A DNA stretch of 64,000 nucleotides from Vicinamibacterales bacterium (lineage in GTDB: Bacteria; Acidobacteriota; Vicinamibacteria; Vicinamibacterales; UBA8438), in assembly GCA_965207665.1 (NCBI GenBank), contig CBDBMV010000002.1:89704-153703 (forward strand), read 5' to 3'. This document shows, piece by piece, positions 25,251 through 34,098 of this stretch. A model generated the notes under the pieces. That model searched no databases, was not told where the DNA came from, and saw only the letters and a list, made by a program, of their open reading frames with translations. Position 1 is the first letter of the stretch, and each line of letters starts with the position of its first letter. Position numbers and translations under genes: made by a program.

Positions 25251-26219
25251 TCACCGGGACTGGCTGGCCGCCTGGGCCTGCTCGATGGCGCGCGCGCCCA
25301 GCAGGATGTTTTCCAGCCCGTAGTTGCCCTCGTGACAGGCGTACTCGTATATCCCGCCTTCGAGGGTGATCATCGGGATCGACGCGGTCCACGGCCGCGA
25401 GTACTCCGTGGGGTCGGTCACCGTGAACTCGTAGTCGATCGAGTTCTCGCCGGTCCGCGTGAATCGCTCCACCAGGCGCGTGGTCGGGTTGCCGCCGAAG
25501 ACGGTCAGGCCGCGCCCGGTTATCGGGGCGAAGTTGGTGGTCTCGACGACCAGCGTATCGCCCTCCCAGTGGCCGCGCGAGTCGCCCATCCACTGGCCGA
25601 TGCTGGCGTCGGGATGCGGGCGGCCGTCCAGGGGAATGATGCGGGAATCGTGGACCATCTCGACGTAGATGACGACGTATCCCGGTATCTGGAGGATCTG
25701 GTAGTTGTGGTTGTAGAAGCCGGGCATCATGGAGCCCGGCATGCCGCGGCTGATGCAGCGCTCGTACAGGTTGCGGTCCTCCGGGCCGGCCGGCTCCCGG
25801 CTGCGGTACGAATTGCGGTCCGCGCGGCGGGCGATCTCCGCGGCCGTCAACGGGAGCTTGCCGTCAGGCGGGTCGATGATGAGCGACGTGCGCGCCATGC
25901 GCACCCCGCGCTCGACCCAGAAGTTGTTATAGGAACCCGTCTCGCCCGTGCCGGGCTCGATGCCGCGGGCCTCCCGGGCGACGTCCCCGGCCGCGTCGCG
26001 CGACGCGCGTTCCTCGTCGGACAGCACGTCGCCCGCCGCCATGTCGTCCGGACGTTCCAGCGGGGTCGTCGTGGTGTTCGTCCAGAATCCCTGCAGGTCC
26101 GGGTCGCCCCACGGCGTGCGGGGCGCCGACCAGTTGTCCGCCTGGGCGGCTGCAGCGGCCGGCGCGAGCGCCACGACCGCCGCCACCGCGAATAACGCTA
26201 CGAGAATCCGGCAGGTCAT
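25251..26219 (-). CDS. Secreted protein, uncharacterised paralog family (copy P4)
   Basis: 322 aa, very similar to P3 and P5, with GAGGAGGGAAAG upstream. Confidence 0.85.
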   Translation of the reverse strand: MTCRILVALFAVAAVVALAPAAAAAQADNWSAPRTPWGDPDLQGFWTNTTTTPLERPDDMAAGDVLSDEERASRDAAGDVAREARGIEPGTGETGSYNNFWVERGVRMARTSLIIDPPDGKLPLTAAEIARRADRNSYRSREPAGPEDRNLYERCISRGMPGSMMPGFYNHNYQILQIPGYVVIYVEMVHDSRIIPLDGRPHPDASIGQWMGDSRGHWEGDTLVVETTNFAPITGRGLTVFGGNPTTRLVERFTRTGENSIDYEFTVTDPTEYSRPWTASIPMITLEGGIYEYACHEGNYGLENILLGARAIEQAQAASQSR

Positions 26220-26262
26220 CTTTCCCTCCTCCTCGCACGCGCGGATTGCCGCCCGGCCCGGG

Positions 26263-27228
26263 TCACCGGGACTGGTTGGCGGCCGCCTCCAGGGCGCGCG
26301 CGCCCAGCAGGATGTTCTCCAGCCCGTAGTTGCCCTCGTGGCAGGCGTACTCGTATATCCCGCCTTCGAGGGTGGTCATCGGGATCGACGCCGTCCACGG
26401 TCTCGTGTACTCCGCGGGGTCGGTCACCGTGAACTCGTAGTCGATCGAGTGCTCGCCGGTCCGCGTGAAGCGTTCCACCAGTCGCGCGCTCTCGTTGGCG
26501 CCGAAGATGCCAAGCGCCCGCTGGTTTACCTGAGTGACGTTGACGGTCTCGACCACCAGCGTGTCGCCCTCCCAGCGGCCGCGGGAATCCCCGAGCCACT
26601 GCCGAATCTGCGGGTCGACGTGCGGACGTCCGTCCAGGGGGATGATGCGGGCATCGTGGACCATCTCGACATAGATGGCGACGTACCCCGGCGCCTGGAG
26701 GATCTGATAGTTGTGGTTGTAGAAGCCGGGCATCATGGCGCCCGGCATGCCGCGCGAGATGCACCGCTCGAACGCGCTGCGGTCCTCGGGACCGGCCGGC
26801 AACTGGTTCCGATACGCTTCGCGGCCCGCACGGCGCGTGGCCTCCGCCGGCGTCAGCGGCAGCTTCCCGTCCGGCGGGTCGACGATGAGCGACGCGCGTG
26901 CCATGCGCACCCCGCGCTCGACCCAGAAGTTGTTGTAGGAGCCGGTTTCGCCGGTACCCGGCTCGATGCCCCGCGCCTCGCGGGCGACGTCACCGGCGGT
27001 GTCCCGGGACGCGCGTTCCTCGTCGGAAAGCACATCTCCCGCCGCCACGTCGTCCGGCCGTTCCAGCGGCGTTGTGGTGGTGTTGGTCCAGAAACCCTGC
27101 AGGTCGGGGTCGCCCCACGGCGTGCGCGGCGCCGACCAGTTGCCCGCCTGACCCGCGACGCTCACCGGCGCCAGCAACGCGACCGCCGCCGCCGCGCAGA
27201 TCGCTACGAGAATCCGGCAGGTCATCAT
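26263..27228 (-). CDS. Secreted protein, uncharacterised paralog family (copy P5)
   Basis: Start trimmed to MMTCRILVAICAAAAV. All family blocks present. Confidence 0.85.
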   Translation of the reverse strand: MMTCRILVAICAAAAVALLAPVSVAGQAGNWSAPRTPWGDPDLQGFWTNTTTTPLERPDDVAAGDVLSDEERASRDTAGDVAREARGIEPGTGETGSYNNFWVERGVRMARASLIVDPPDGKLPLTPAEATRRAGREAYRNQLPAGPEDRSAFERCISRGMPGAMMPGFYNHNYQILQAPGYVAIYVEMVHDARIIPLDGRPHVDPQIRQWLGDSRGRWEGDTLVVETVNVTQVNQRALGIFGANESARLVERFTRTGEHSIDYEFTVTDPAEYTRPWTASIPMTTLEGGIYEYACHEGNYGLENILLGARALEAAANQSR

Positions 27229-27342
27229 CCCCTCCTCACGCTTCCCGTACGCGGTTACTGGGCATGATGGATCAGGACCCAATCGCAAGCAAGGATTAGC
27301 GGCCGGTCGCCGGCAGAAATCCGGCGCTGGTCCGACGGGAAC

Positions 27343-28560
27343 TCAAGCCGCCGCCCGCACCGGCAGGTTCTCCAGGCCGCGCAGGACGACGCTGGTGCGG
27401 TACGCGGGCCGGTCGGACACCAGGCCGAGCGACGGATAGCGCTCCAGCAGCACCTCGATGGCGACGCGCCCTTCGAGGCGCGCGAGCGGCGCGCCGAGGC
27501 AGAAGTGGATGCCGCGGCCGAACGCCACGTGGTTGTTCTCGCGGCGCCCGACGTCGAGCTGGTCGGGATGGTCGAACACGGCCGGATCGCGGTTGGCGGC
27601 GCCGTTCAGCAGCAGGACGTTGTCGTCGCGCCGCAGCGGGATGCCGTTCACCTCGGTGTCCTCGAGCACCAGCCGCAGCGTGGCCTGCACGGGCGAGTCG
27701 TAGCGCAGCAGCTCCTCCACCGCCACGGGAATCCCGGCGGGGTCCTCCCGCAGGGTCTGGAGCTGCTCCGGATGCTGCAGCAGCGCGAGCATGCCGTTGC
27801 CGATCAGGTTGGTGGTGGTCTCGTTGCCGGCCACCAGCAGCAGCCGCAGCATGGCGAGCATCTCGCGCTCGGTGAGCCGATCCCCCTCCTCCTCGACGTG
27901 GACGAGCGCACTGATGATGTCGTCGCGCGGCTCCCCGCGCCGCGCCTGGATGATCGACCGGAAGTACCCGTTGAGCGACTCGCTGGCCTCGTTGGCGATG
28001 CGCAGCGTCCGCGCGTCGATAAGCGGCTCGAGGATGCGGGCGCGCCGGTTCGACCATTCCCGGAACTGCGCGCGTTCTTCCGGCGGCACACCCAGCATCT
28101 CGGCGATGACCATGACCGGGAGCGGGTTGGCGAGCCCCTCCATCAGGTCGAAGCCGGCGGGGTCCTCGGCGGCGTCGAGCAGCTCGTGCGCCATCTCCCG
28201 GATGCGCGGCTCGAGCGCGGCCACAGCCTTCGGGGTGAACGCCTTGTTGACGAGCGTGCGCAGGCGGGTATGGTCCGGCGGGTCCAGGAACAGGATGGTC
28301 GGATCCGGCATCTGCGGCAGCGAGCTGCGGCGGCGGCGCGCCGGGTCGCGCTTGCGCTGGTCGCTCGAGAAGCGCCGGAAGTCGCGCAGCACGGCGTCCA
28401 CCTCGGCGTGGCGGCTGAAGATCCACACGTCCATCAGCCGGCTGTGGTGCACGGGGTCCCGGGTGCGCAGCCGGTCGTAGAACGGATACGGGTTGCGCGC
28501 CATGTGGGCGGCCAGCGGGTTGTAGGCCACGCCGGTGCGCCAGCGCTCCGGCGCCAGCAT
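27343..28560 (-). CDS. Cytochrome P450
   Basis: Start trimmed to the ATG at 28560. I-helix LLVAGNETTTN, ExxR (EELLRYD) and haem loop FGRGIHFCLGAPLA. Confidence 0.9.
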   Translation of the reverse strand: MLAPERWRTGVAYNPLAAHMARNPYPFYDRLRTRDPVHHSRLMDVWIFSRHAEVDAVLRDFRRFSSDQRKRDPARRRRSSLPQMPDPTILFLDPPDHTRLRTLVNKAFTPKAVAALEPRIREMAHELLDAAEDPAGFDLMEGLANPLPVMVIAEMLGVPPEERAQFREWSNRRARILEPLIDARTLRIANEASESLNGYFRSIIQARRGEPRDDIISALVHVEEEGDRLTEREMLAMLRLLLVAGNETTTNLIGNGMLALLQHPEQLQTLREDPAGIPVAVEELLRYDSPVQATLRLVLEDTEVNGIPLRRDDNVLLLNGAANRDPAVFDHPDQLDVGRRENNHVAFGRGIHFCLGAPLARLEGRVAIEVLLERYPSLGLVSDRPAYRTSVVLRGLENLPVRAAA

Positions 28561-28613
28561 GACGCTGGCGAGCACGGACTGCAGTCTGCGGCGGAGCAAG
28601 GCCGGCTCTCCCG

Positions 28614-29801
28614 TCAGCCCCCGACCCGGGTGAACTTCTGGTTGCGGCGGCCGCCGGCCGTCTCGGCCAGGTACAGGTCGCCGTGGGAGTCGGCCACGAT
28701 GGTGTGCACGAAGGTGAACTCGCCGGCCATGTGGCCGGAGCGGCCGAAGCTGCCCACGATGTCGCCGCTCTCGCGCTCCAGGATCCAGATGCGGTTGCTG
28801 CCGAGGTCGACGACGAACATGTGCCGCTGCTCGGGGTCGCGCGACAGCTCGATGTCGGTGGCCCGCAGCGTTGCCTCGCCGTAGGCGGGCGGATCGATCG
28901 GGATGATCCGCTCCAGGTTGCCCACGCGGTCGAACACCTGGATGCGGTTCTGGCCGCGGTCGCAGGCATAGACCAAGCCGTCGTTGCCGAGCACGACGCA
29001 GTGCGGATGCCCGCCGCCGGTTTCGACGAACTGCCCCTCGCCGCTGCCAGCCGAGCCCCACTGGCGCAGGTAGTTGCCCTCGGCGTCGAACACCACCATG
29101 CGGTGGTTGCCGTAGCCGTCCGCCACGTAGACCGAGCCCCGCTGGCCGGTGACCGGGTCCGGCTCCGGGTCGACCGCGATGTCGGCCGGGGCGTTCAGCA
29201 GCGTGCGGCTCGTGTTATTGCCCGGCTCGCCGCAGGTGGGATACGGCGCGTTCGGACGCAGCGTGGGCGGGCCGTCGCACAGCCCCTTGGTGCCGATCTG
29301 CAGCAGCATCCGCGAGCCGTCGTTCGTCCACTTCTGGACCACGCCGTCGGAGTTGCCGGCGATCCAGATGTTGTCCATGTGGTCGACGAAGCAGCCGTGG
29401 ATGCCGTGCGGCAGCGTCGCGGCCGCGCCGTCCTCGGTCAGCGTCGGGTCGCCCCAACTGTCGGACACATTCCCCTCGCGGTCGTAGATGACCACGGGCG
29501 GCGACGGGATCGACTGGTCGCCCTCCTGGGCCAGCAGGCCGTTGGGCAGGAAGCCGCGGTTGACGGTGACGATGCGGTCGCGCGAGTCCACGCAGCTCGC
29601 GCCCACCATGCCGGTCACCCACAGGCGCTCCAGCCCGTCGGCGCCCGTCTCGGTGGGCAGCGGCTTGGGCCAGAACGGGTCGACGCGGTAGCTGGGCGCC
29701 CCGCCGCTCTGCGCCGCCGGCAGCGCCAGCAGCAGCGCGCCGCCGACCAGGACCATGGACAGACCGACCGCAATTCGCGCCGATGTTCTCTTGGGCATCA
29801 C
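28614..29801 (-). CDS. Secreted NHL-repeat six-bladed beta-propeller, PAL-like (peptidyl-alpha-hydroxyglycine alpha-amidating lyase)
   Basis: Signal peptide, then LPHGIHGCFVD ... IWIAGN, VYVADGYGNHRMVVFDAEGNYLRQWG, GQF ... HPHCVVL, ACDRGQNRIQVF and VHTIVADSHGDLYLAE. These parallel blocks I recall from the animal PAL catalytic core. Confidence 0.7.
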   Translation of the reverse strand: MMPKRTSARIAVGLSMVLVGGALLLALPAAQSGGAPSYRVDPFWPKPLPTETGADGLERLWVTGMVGASCVDSRDRIVTVNRGFLPNGLLAQEGDQSIPSPPVVIYDREGNVSDSWGDPTLTEDGAAATLPHGIHGCFVDHMDNIWIAGNSDGVVQKWTNDGSRMLLQIGTKGLCDGPPTLRPNAPYPTCGEPGNNTSRTLLNAPADIAVDPEPDPVTGQRGSVYVADGYGNHRMVVFDAEGNYLRQWGSAGSGEGQFVETGGGHPHCVVLGNDGLVYACDRGQNRIQVFDRVGNLERIIPIDPPAYGEATLRATDIELSRDPEQRHMFVVDLGSNRIWILERESGDIVGSFGRSGHMAGEFTFVHTIVADSHGDLYLAETAGGRRNQKFTRVGG

Positions 29802-29843
29802 GCCCGTATCTTACTCCCGTAGAATTCGGTGCGTGGAGGCCGC

Positions 29844-30461
29844 ATGAAGATACCGTCGAGCGCCTGGACAGCCCTTATCCTCTGCGTCGCCGCCGCGGCA
29901 ACGCTTGCGCAGGAGCAGCGCATCGCCAGCCCGGCGGGCCGCTCGGCCACCCAAGTGGGCGGCACGTACGACGAGCGCGCGGGATACGTCGGCGGACGGT
30001 GGATCGAGATCACCTACGGCCGGCCGATCCGGCGCGGCCGCGACCTGTTCGGCCCCGACGACTACCGCGAGTTCCTCAACGACGGCGCGCCCCTCTGGCG
30101 CGCGGGCGCCAACACGACGACCCAGCTCATCACCGAGGCGCCGCTGACCTTCGGCGGCCAGACGATCGAGCCCGGCACGTACACCGTCTTCATCGACCTG
30201 GCCACCGACCCGTGGACGTTTGTCGTCTCCACCTGGGCGGCGCAGCAGGAATACGACTTCGAGAACAAGGAGGCGCTCTTCGGCGCCTACTACTACACGC
30301 CGGACAAGGATGTGGTGCGGACGCCGATGCGGCAGGAGACGTCAACCTACACACACGACCAGCTCTCGTGGCAGTTCCTCGACGTGAGCGCCGGCGGCGG
30401 CCGGCTGGCGCTGTTCTGGGAAGAGGTGATCGCGTCCGTGGCGTTCACCGTCGGGGAGTGA
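29844..30461 (+). CDS. DUF2911-like secreted protein
   Basis: GGAGG upstream of the ATG at 29844. ITYGRPIRRGRDLFG ... WRAGANTTTQL ... GQTIEPGTYTVFIDL. Confidence 0.65.
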   Translation: MKIPSSAWTALILCVAAAATLAQEQRIASPAGRSATQVGGTYDERAGYVGGRWIEITYGRPIRRGRDLFGPDDYREFLNDGAPLWRAGANTTTQLITEAPLTFGGQTIEPGTYTVFIDLATDPWTFVVSTWAAQQEYDFENKEALFGAYYYTPDKDVVRTPMRQETSTYTHDQLSWQFLDVSAGGGRLALFWEEVIASVAFTVGE

Positions 30462-30470
30462 CCGCCGGCC

Positions 30471-31139
30471 TCAGGGCTCCCGCAGGATGAGCACGTCTTC
30501 GAGCGGCTTGCGGCGCAGGTCGGGCACCTGCGCGCCGGCCGCGGGATAGCCGACCGGCATCAGCAGGCACGCCGTCTCGTTGGCGGGTCGCTCCAGGATC
30601 TCCCGCAGGAAGCCCATCGGGCTGGGTGTGTGCGTCAGCGCCACCAGCCCGGCCTGGTGCACCGCGGTCAGGAACATGCCCGCCGCGATGCCGACCGACT
30701 CGGCCACGTAGTAGTGGCGGACGTGCTCGCCGTCCGGCCCCACGCCGTGGTTCTGACGGAACAGCACCACCAGCCAGGGCGCGATTTCGAGGAACGGCTT
30801 GTGCTCGTCCGTGCCCAGCGGCTCCAGCGCGCGCAACCATTCGTCGGGCATCCGCCCGCTGTAGTTTTCCTGCTCCTCGCGCTCGGCGGCGACGCGGATG
30901 CGGCGCTTGATCTCCGGGTCCGAGACCGCGACGAACGTCCACGGCTGGCGGTGCGCGCCGGAAGGCGCCGTGGACGCCGCACGCACGAGCTCCTCGATCA
31001 CGTCGGCCGGCACCGGCTCGGGACTGAAGTCGCGCACCGTGCGGCGCCGGTTCATTTCCTCGTAGAAGCGGCGCGCCCGCGCGGCGACGTCCGCCTCCTC
31101 CGGCTTCTCGTACCGCAGCGGGATCATTCTGGGCTTCAT
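30471..31139 (-). CDS. Nitroreductase-superfamily flavoprotein, iodotyrosine-deiodinase-like subfamily
   Basis: Start trimmed to MKPRMIPL. RRTVRDFSPEPVP ... TAPSGAHRQPWTFVAV ... EREEQENYSGRM ... HKPFLEIAPWLVVLF ... HYYVAESVGIA ... LLMPVGYPA aligns block by block with my recollection of animal and bacterial IYD. Confidence 0.7.
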   Translation of the reverse strand: MKPRMIPLRYEKPEEADVAARARRFYEEMNRRRTVRDFSPEPVPADVIEELVRAASTAPSGAHRQPWTFVAVSDPEIKRRIRVAAEREEQENYSGRMPDEWLRALEPLGTDEHKPFLEIAPWLVVLFRQNHGVGPDGEHVRHYYVAESVGIAAGMFLTAVHQAGLVALTHTPSPMGFLREILERPANETACLLMPVGYPAAGAQVPDLRRKPLEDVLILREP

Positions 31140-31215
31140 GACAGGTTGCGCGCGCCGCCCTCGTGGGCGATCATCGTCCATACTCGCGTAGCGGGCAACG
31201 AACCGGGAGGACGGG

Positions 31216-32187
31216 ATGCGCAGTCGAACACTCGCGGCGTTCGCGGCCGGGCTGATTGTCATCGGTTGGGGCGCGACGGCGGTCGCACAGGACACCGCGG
31301 CCGGCGCCTGGACGCCGCCCCGCACGCCGGACGGCCACCCCGACATCCAGGGCATCTGGACCAACTACGACAACACGCCGTTCGAGACGCCTGACGACGC
31401 GGACCTGGAACGCCTTGCGCCGCTCGCCTACTGGTTCCCGGGCACGAACGACCCGGACCGCCTGCGCGCGGCCGCGGCCCGCCCCAGGCAGGACGGCCAG
31501 CGGATCGGGTTCGCGGACGGCCCGTCCGCCGCGCTGCGCAATGCGCCGCGCCGGTCGATGGTGGTCGACCCGCCGAGCGGACGGGTGCCGGTGCGTCCGG
31601 AGGCCGAGGCGACACGCGACTACAACCTCGTCAACCTGACCGATTCCTGGCTGAACCACACGCCGTGGGAGCGCTGCATCACGCGCGGCGTGCCCGGCGG
31701 CATCTTCCCGGGCGGCTACGGCGCCGGCTACCAGATCCTGCAATCGTCCGCCTTCGTGGTGATCTACTACGAGATGATCCACGAGGCCCGCATCATCCCG
31801 CTCGACCGCCCGCACCTGCCGGGCGACATCCGGCAGTGGAACGGCGACCCGCGCGGCCGCTGGGAGGGCGACACGCTGGTGATCGAGACGATCAACTACA
31901 ACGACAAGGGAACCATCGGCACGAACATCGCCACGCGCGCCATCCGCGGCCTCCCACAGACCGAGGCGCTGCACCTGGTGGAGCGCCTCACGCCGTCCGG
32001 GCCCGACACGATCGACTACGAAGTGACGATCGACGATCCCGGCTCGTTCACCCGCACCTGGACCGTGGCCATGCCGCTGAACCGGGACCCGACGTACCAG
32101 ATATACGAGTACGCCTGCCACGAAGGGAACTACGGCCTGGTGAACAGCCTCAGCGCCGGGCGCGCCGAAGACGCGGCTGCACGCTAG
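31216..32187 (+). CDS. Secreted protein, uncharacterised paralog family (copy P6)
   Basis: 323 aa: PRTPDGHPDIQGIW ... VVDPPSGRVP ... ERC ... EMIHEARIIPLDRPH ... YACHEGNY. Confidence 0.85.
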   Translation: MRSRTLAAFAAGLIVIGWGATAVAQDTAAGAWTPPRTPDGHPDIQGIWTNYDNTPFETPDDADLERLAPLAYWFPGTNDPDRLRAAAARPRQDGQRIGFADGPSAALRNAPRRSMVVDPPSGRVPVRPEAEATRDYNLVNLTDSWLNHTPWERCITRGVPGGIFPGGYGAGYQILQSSAFVVIYYEMIHEARIIPLDRPHLPGDIRQWNGDPRGRWEGDTLVIETINYNDKGTIGTNIATRAIRGLPQTEALHLVERLTPSGPDTIDYEVTIDDPGSFTRTWTVAMPLNRDPTYQIYEYACHEGNYGLVNSLSAGRAEDAAAR

Positions 32188-33983
32188 TTTCCGGGCGCCG
32201 CCGGCTGCCAGGCGGGGGTGCCCTCTTCCCAGCGGTTGTCGGTCAGCGCGCGCTGGTCCGAGCCGTCGGCGTTCATGATGAACAGCTCGCCGTAGGGCTG
32301 CGGGATGTCCGACATCGGCGCCTCGTCCTTGAAGCCGTAGCGCGAGCTGCTGAACAGGATGTGCGCGCCGTCGGCCGACCACGCGGGGTGCGAGTCGTTG
32401 CCCGGCGAGGTGGTCAGCCGCCGCACGTCGCTGCCGTCGGGCCGCATGGTGTAAATGTCGAACTCGTCGTCCGCCAGCCGGCTGAAGACGATGCGGTCAC
32501 CGCGCGGCGACCAGACTGGGAAATTGTCGTAGCCGGTCGTCAGCGTCCGCACCTTGCCGTCCTTCAGGCTGACGATGCGCAGGCCGCCCGCCGTGTCGCT
32601 CCAGTAGCGGTACACCACCTCGTCGCCGGCGGGCGAGAAGCTGGGGAACCCGGCGTTGCCCTCTCCCGTGGTGAGCACCCGGCCGTCGGAGCCGTCCGCG
32701 CGCACCATCATCAGGTGCGCCGGGCGCGTGCGCGCCAGGAAGTAGTTGCCGACGCCAAACACGATCCACTCCCCGTCGGCCGACCACTGCGGCGCGAGCG
32801 CCGAGCCCTCGGCGCGGAAGATGCGCCGCGGGTCCGTCCCGTCGGTATTCCAGACCGCCAGCCCGGTGCGGTCGTCCGGGCGCCCGCGCCCGGTCCGCTC
32901 GCTCACGACCAGGTGCCTGCCGTCGGGCGACACCGCCGGGAAGCCGCTGGCGTACACCAGCTCGTAGCCCGGCTCGGCGGCCGCGATCACCTCTCCGGGT
33001 GAGCGCGGCGCCGCGATGGTTTCGATCGGCCCCTGCTGGTACACGACACGGCGGCCGTCGTGCGACCACGACGGGTTGCCGATGTCGCCCTCGCTGCCGG
33101 TCTCGCCGGAGCTGAACGCGAGCGCGGCCTGCCTTCCCGACTTGGCGAGCCAGGCGATGCGGTTGCGGTCCAGGAACTGGGGCGACAGCTTCATGCCGCG
33201 GCCCGCGGCGTGCTCGGTGCGCTCGCCGGTGGCGACGTCGACGGACACGATGCGCGAGTGCACGCCGGCCTGCAAGGGCAGCCAGCGCGCGTTGAACGTG
33301 TCGGCCACGTCCAGCTCGTAGTAGACGATGCGGCGGCCGTCGTCCGACCACTTTGGAGAGCCGGCCAGGCGGCCCTGCGGCGAGATCCGGCGCACGTCCT
33401 TCCCGTCCGCGCCCATCACGTACACGGCCGCCGGGTGGACGTGCTCCCAGCGTCCCTCCGCCTTCGGGAAGCCGCCGCCGCGGTCTGACGAGAACGCCAG
33501 CATCTCGCCGTCGGGCGACCAGCTCGGCCGGAAGTCGCCGCCCGGCACGTCCGTTACGTTGCGCACCGTGCCGGTCGCCAGCTCCAGGACGTGGATGTCG
33601 GTGGAGCCGCGCGCGCGGGTGGAGACGAACGCCAGCCGTCCGCCGTCCGGAGACAGCGCCGCCTGGTCGTCGAAGGCCGGGTCGTCGGTCAGCCGCTCCA
33701 TGCCGAGCCCGTCGGTGCGCACGCGGAAGATGTCGGCCGAGCCGTAGCGCTCGGACGTGAACACCACCCACTCGCCGTCGTGGGAGAACGACGCGTTGTA
33801 GTCGCGGTCTGTGCCGGCCAACAGCTTGCGGGGATCCGAGCCGTCCGCTTCCGCGATGTAGAGGACCGAGCGCGTCGGGCTCCACTGGTCGACGAAGATG
33901 CGGGCCTTCTCCTCCGCCGCGGCCGGGGCGGCGCAGGCCAGGAGCAGCAGCGCCGCCAGCTTGCTCGCGGATGTGCGGTTCAT
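32184..33983 (-). CDS. Periplasmic PD40/TolB-like beta-propeller repeat protein
   Basis: Start trimmed to MNRTSASKLAALLLLACAAPAAA. Many repeats of the S(P/W)DG..(I/L)(A/V)F.S.R type. Confidence 0.8.
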   Translation of the reverse strand: MNRTSASKLAALLLLACAAPAAAEEKARIFVDQWSPTRSVLYIAEADGSDPRKLLAGTDRDYNASFSHDGEWVVFTSERYGSADIFRVRTDGLGMERLTDDPAFDDQAALSPDGGRLAFVSTRARGSTDIHVLELATGTVRNVTDVPGGDFRPSWSPDGEMLAFSSDRGGGFPKAEGRWEHVHPAAVYVMGADGKDVRRISPQGRLAGSPKWSDDGRRIVYYELDVADTFNARWLPLQAGVHSRIVSVDVATGERTEHAAGRGMKLSPQFLDRNRIAWLAKSGRQAALAFSSGETGSEGDIGNPSWSHDGRRVVYQQGPIETIAAPRSPGEVIAAAEPGYELVYASGFPAVSPDGRHLVVSERTGRGRPDDRTGLAVWNTDGTDPRRIFRAEGSALAPQWSADGEWIVFGVGNYFLARTRPAHLMMVRADGSDGRVLTTGEGNAGFPSFSPAGDEVVYRYWSDTAGGLRIVSLKDGKVRTLTTGYDNFPVWSPRGDRIVFSRLADDEFDIYTMRPDGSDVRRLTTSPGNDSHPAWSADGAHILFSSSRYGFKDEAPMSDIPQPYGELFIMNADGSDQRALTDNRWEEGTPAWQPAAPGN

Positions 33984-34098
33984 GTTCCAGAGTGTATTCG
34001 GTTTCCCGTGCCCATCGGGACAGTCTTTGATATGCTTCCGGCTACCAGTCCGCGGGGGCGTACGTACGGTTGCGCCGCGCGGCGAGGAGGTATCGCTC

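Noticed and set aside
31171-32382. 403-aa minus-strand ORF antisense to paralog P6 (similar antisense ORFs lie opposite every family copy)
   Set aside because: These are mirror ORFs of conserved high-GC genes. The recurring similarity among them simply reflects the similarity of the sense-strand paralogs.
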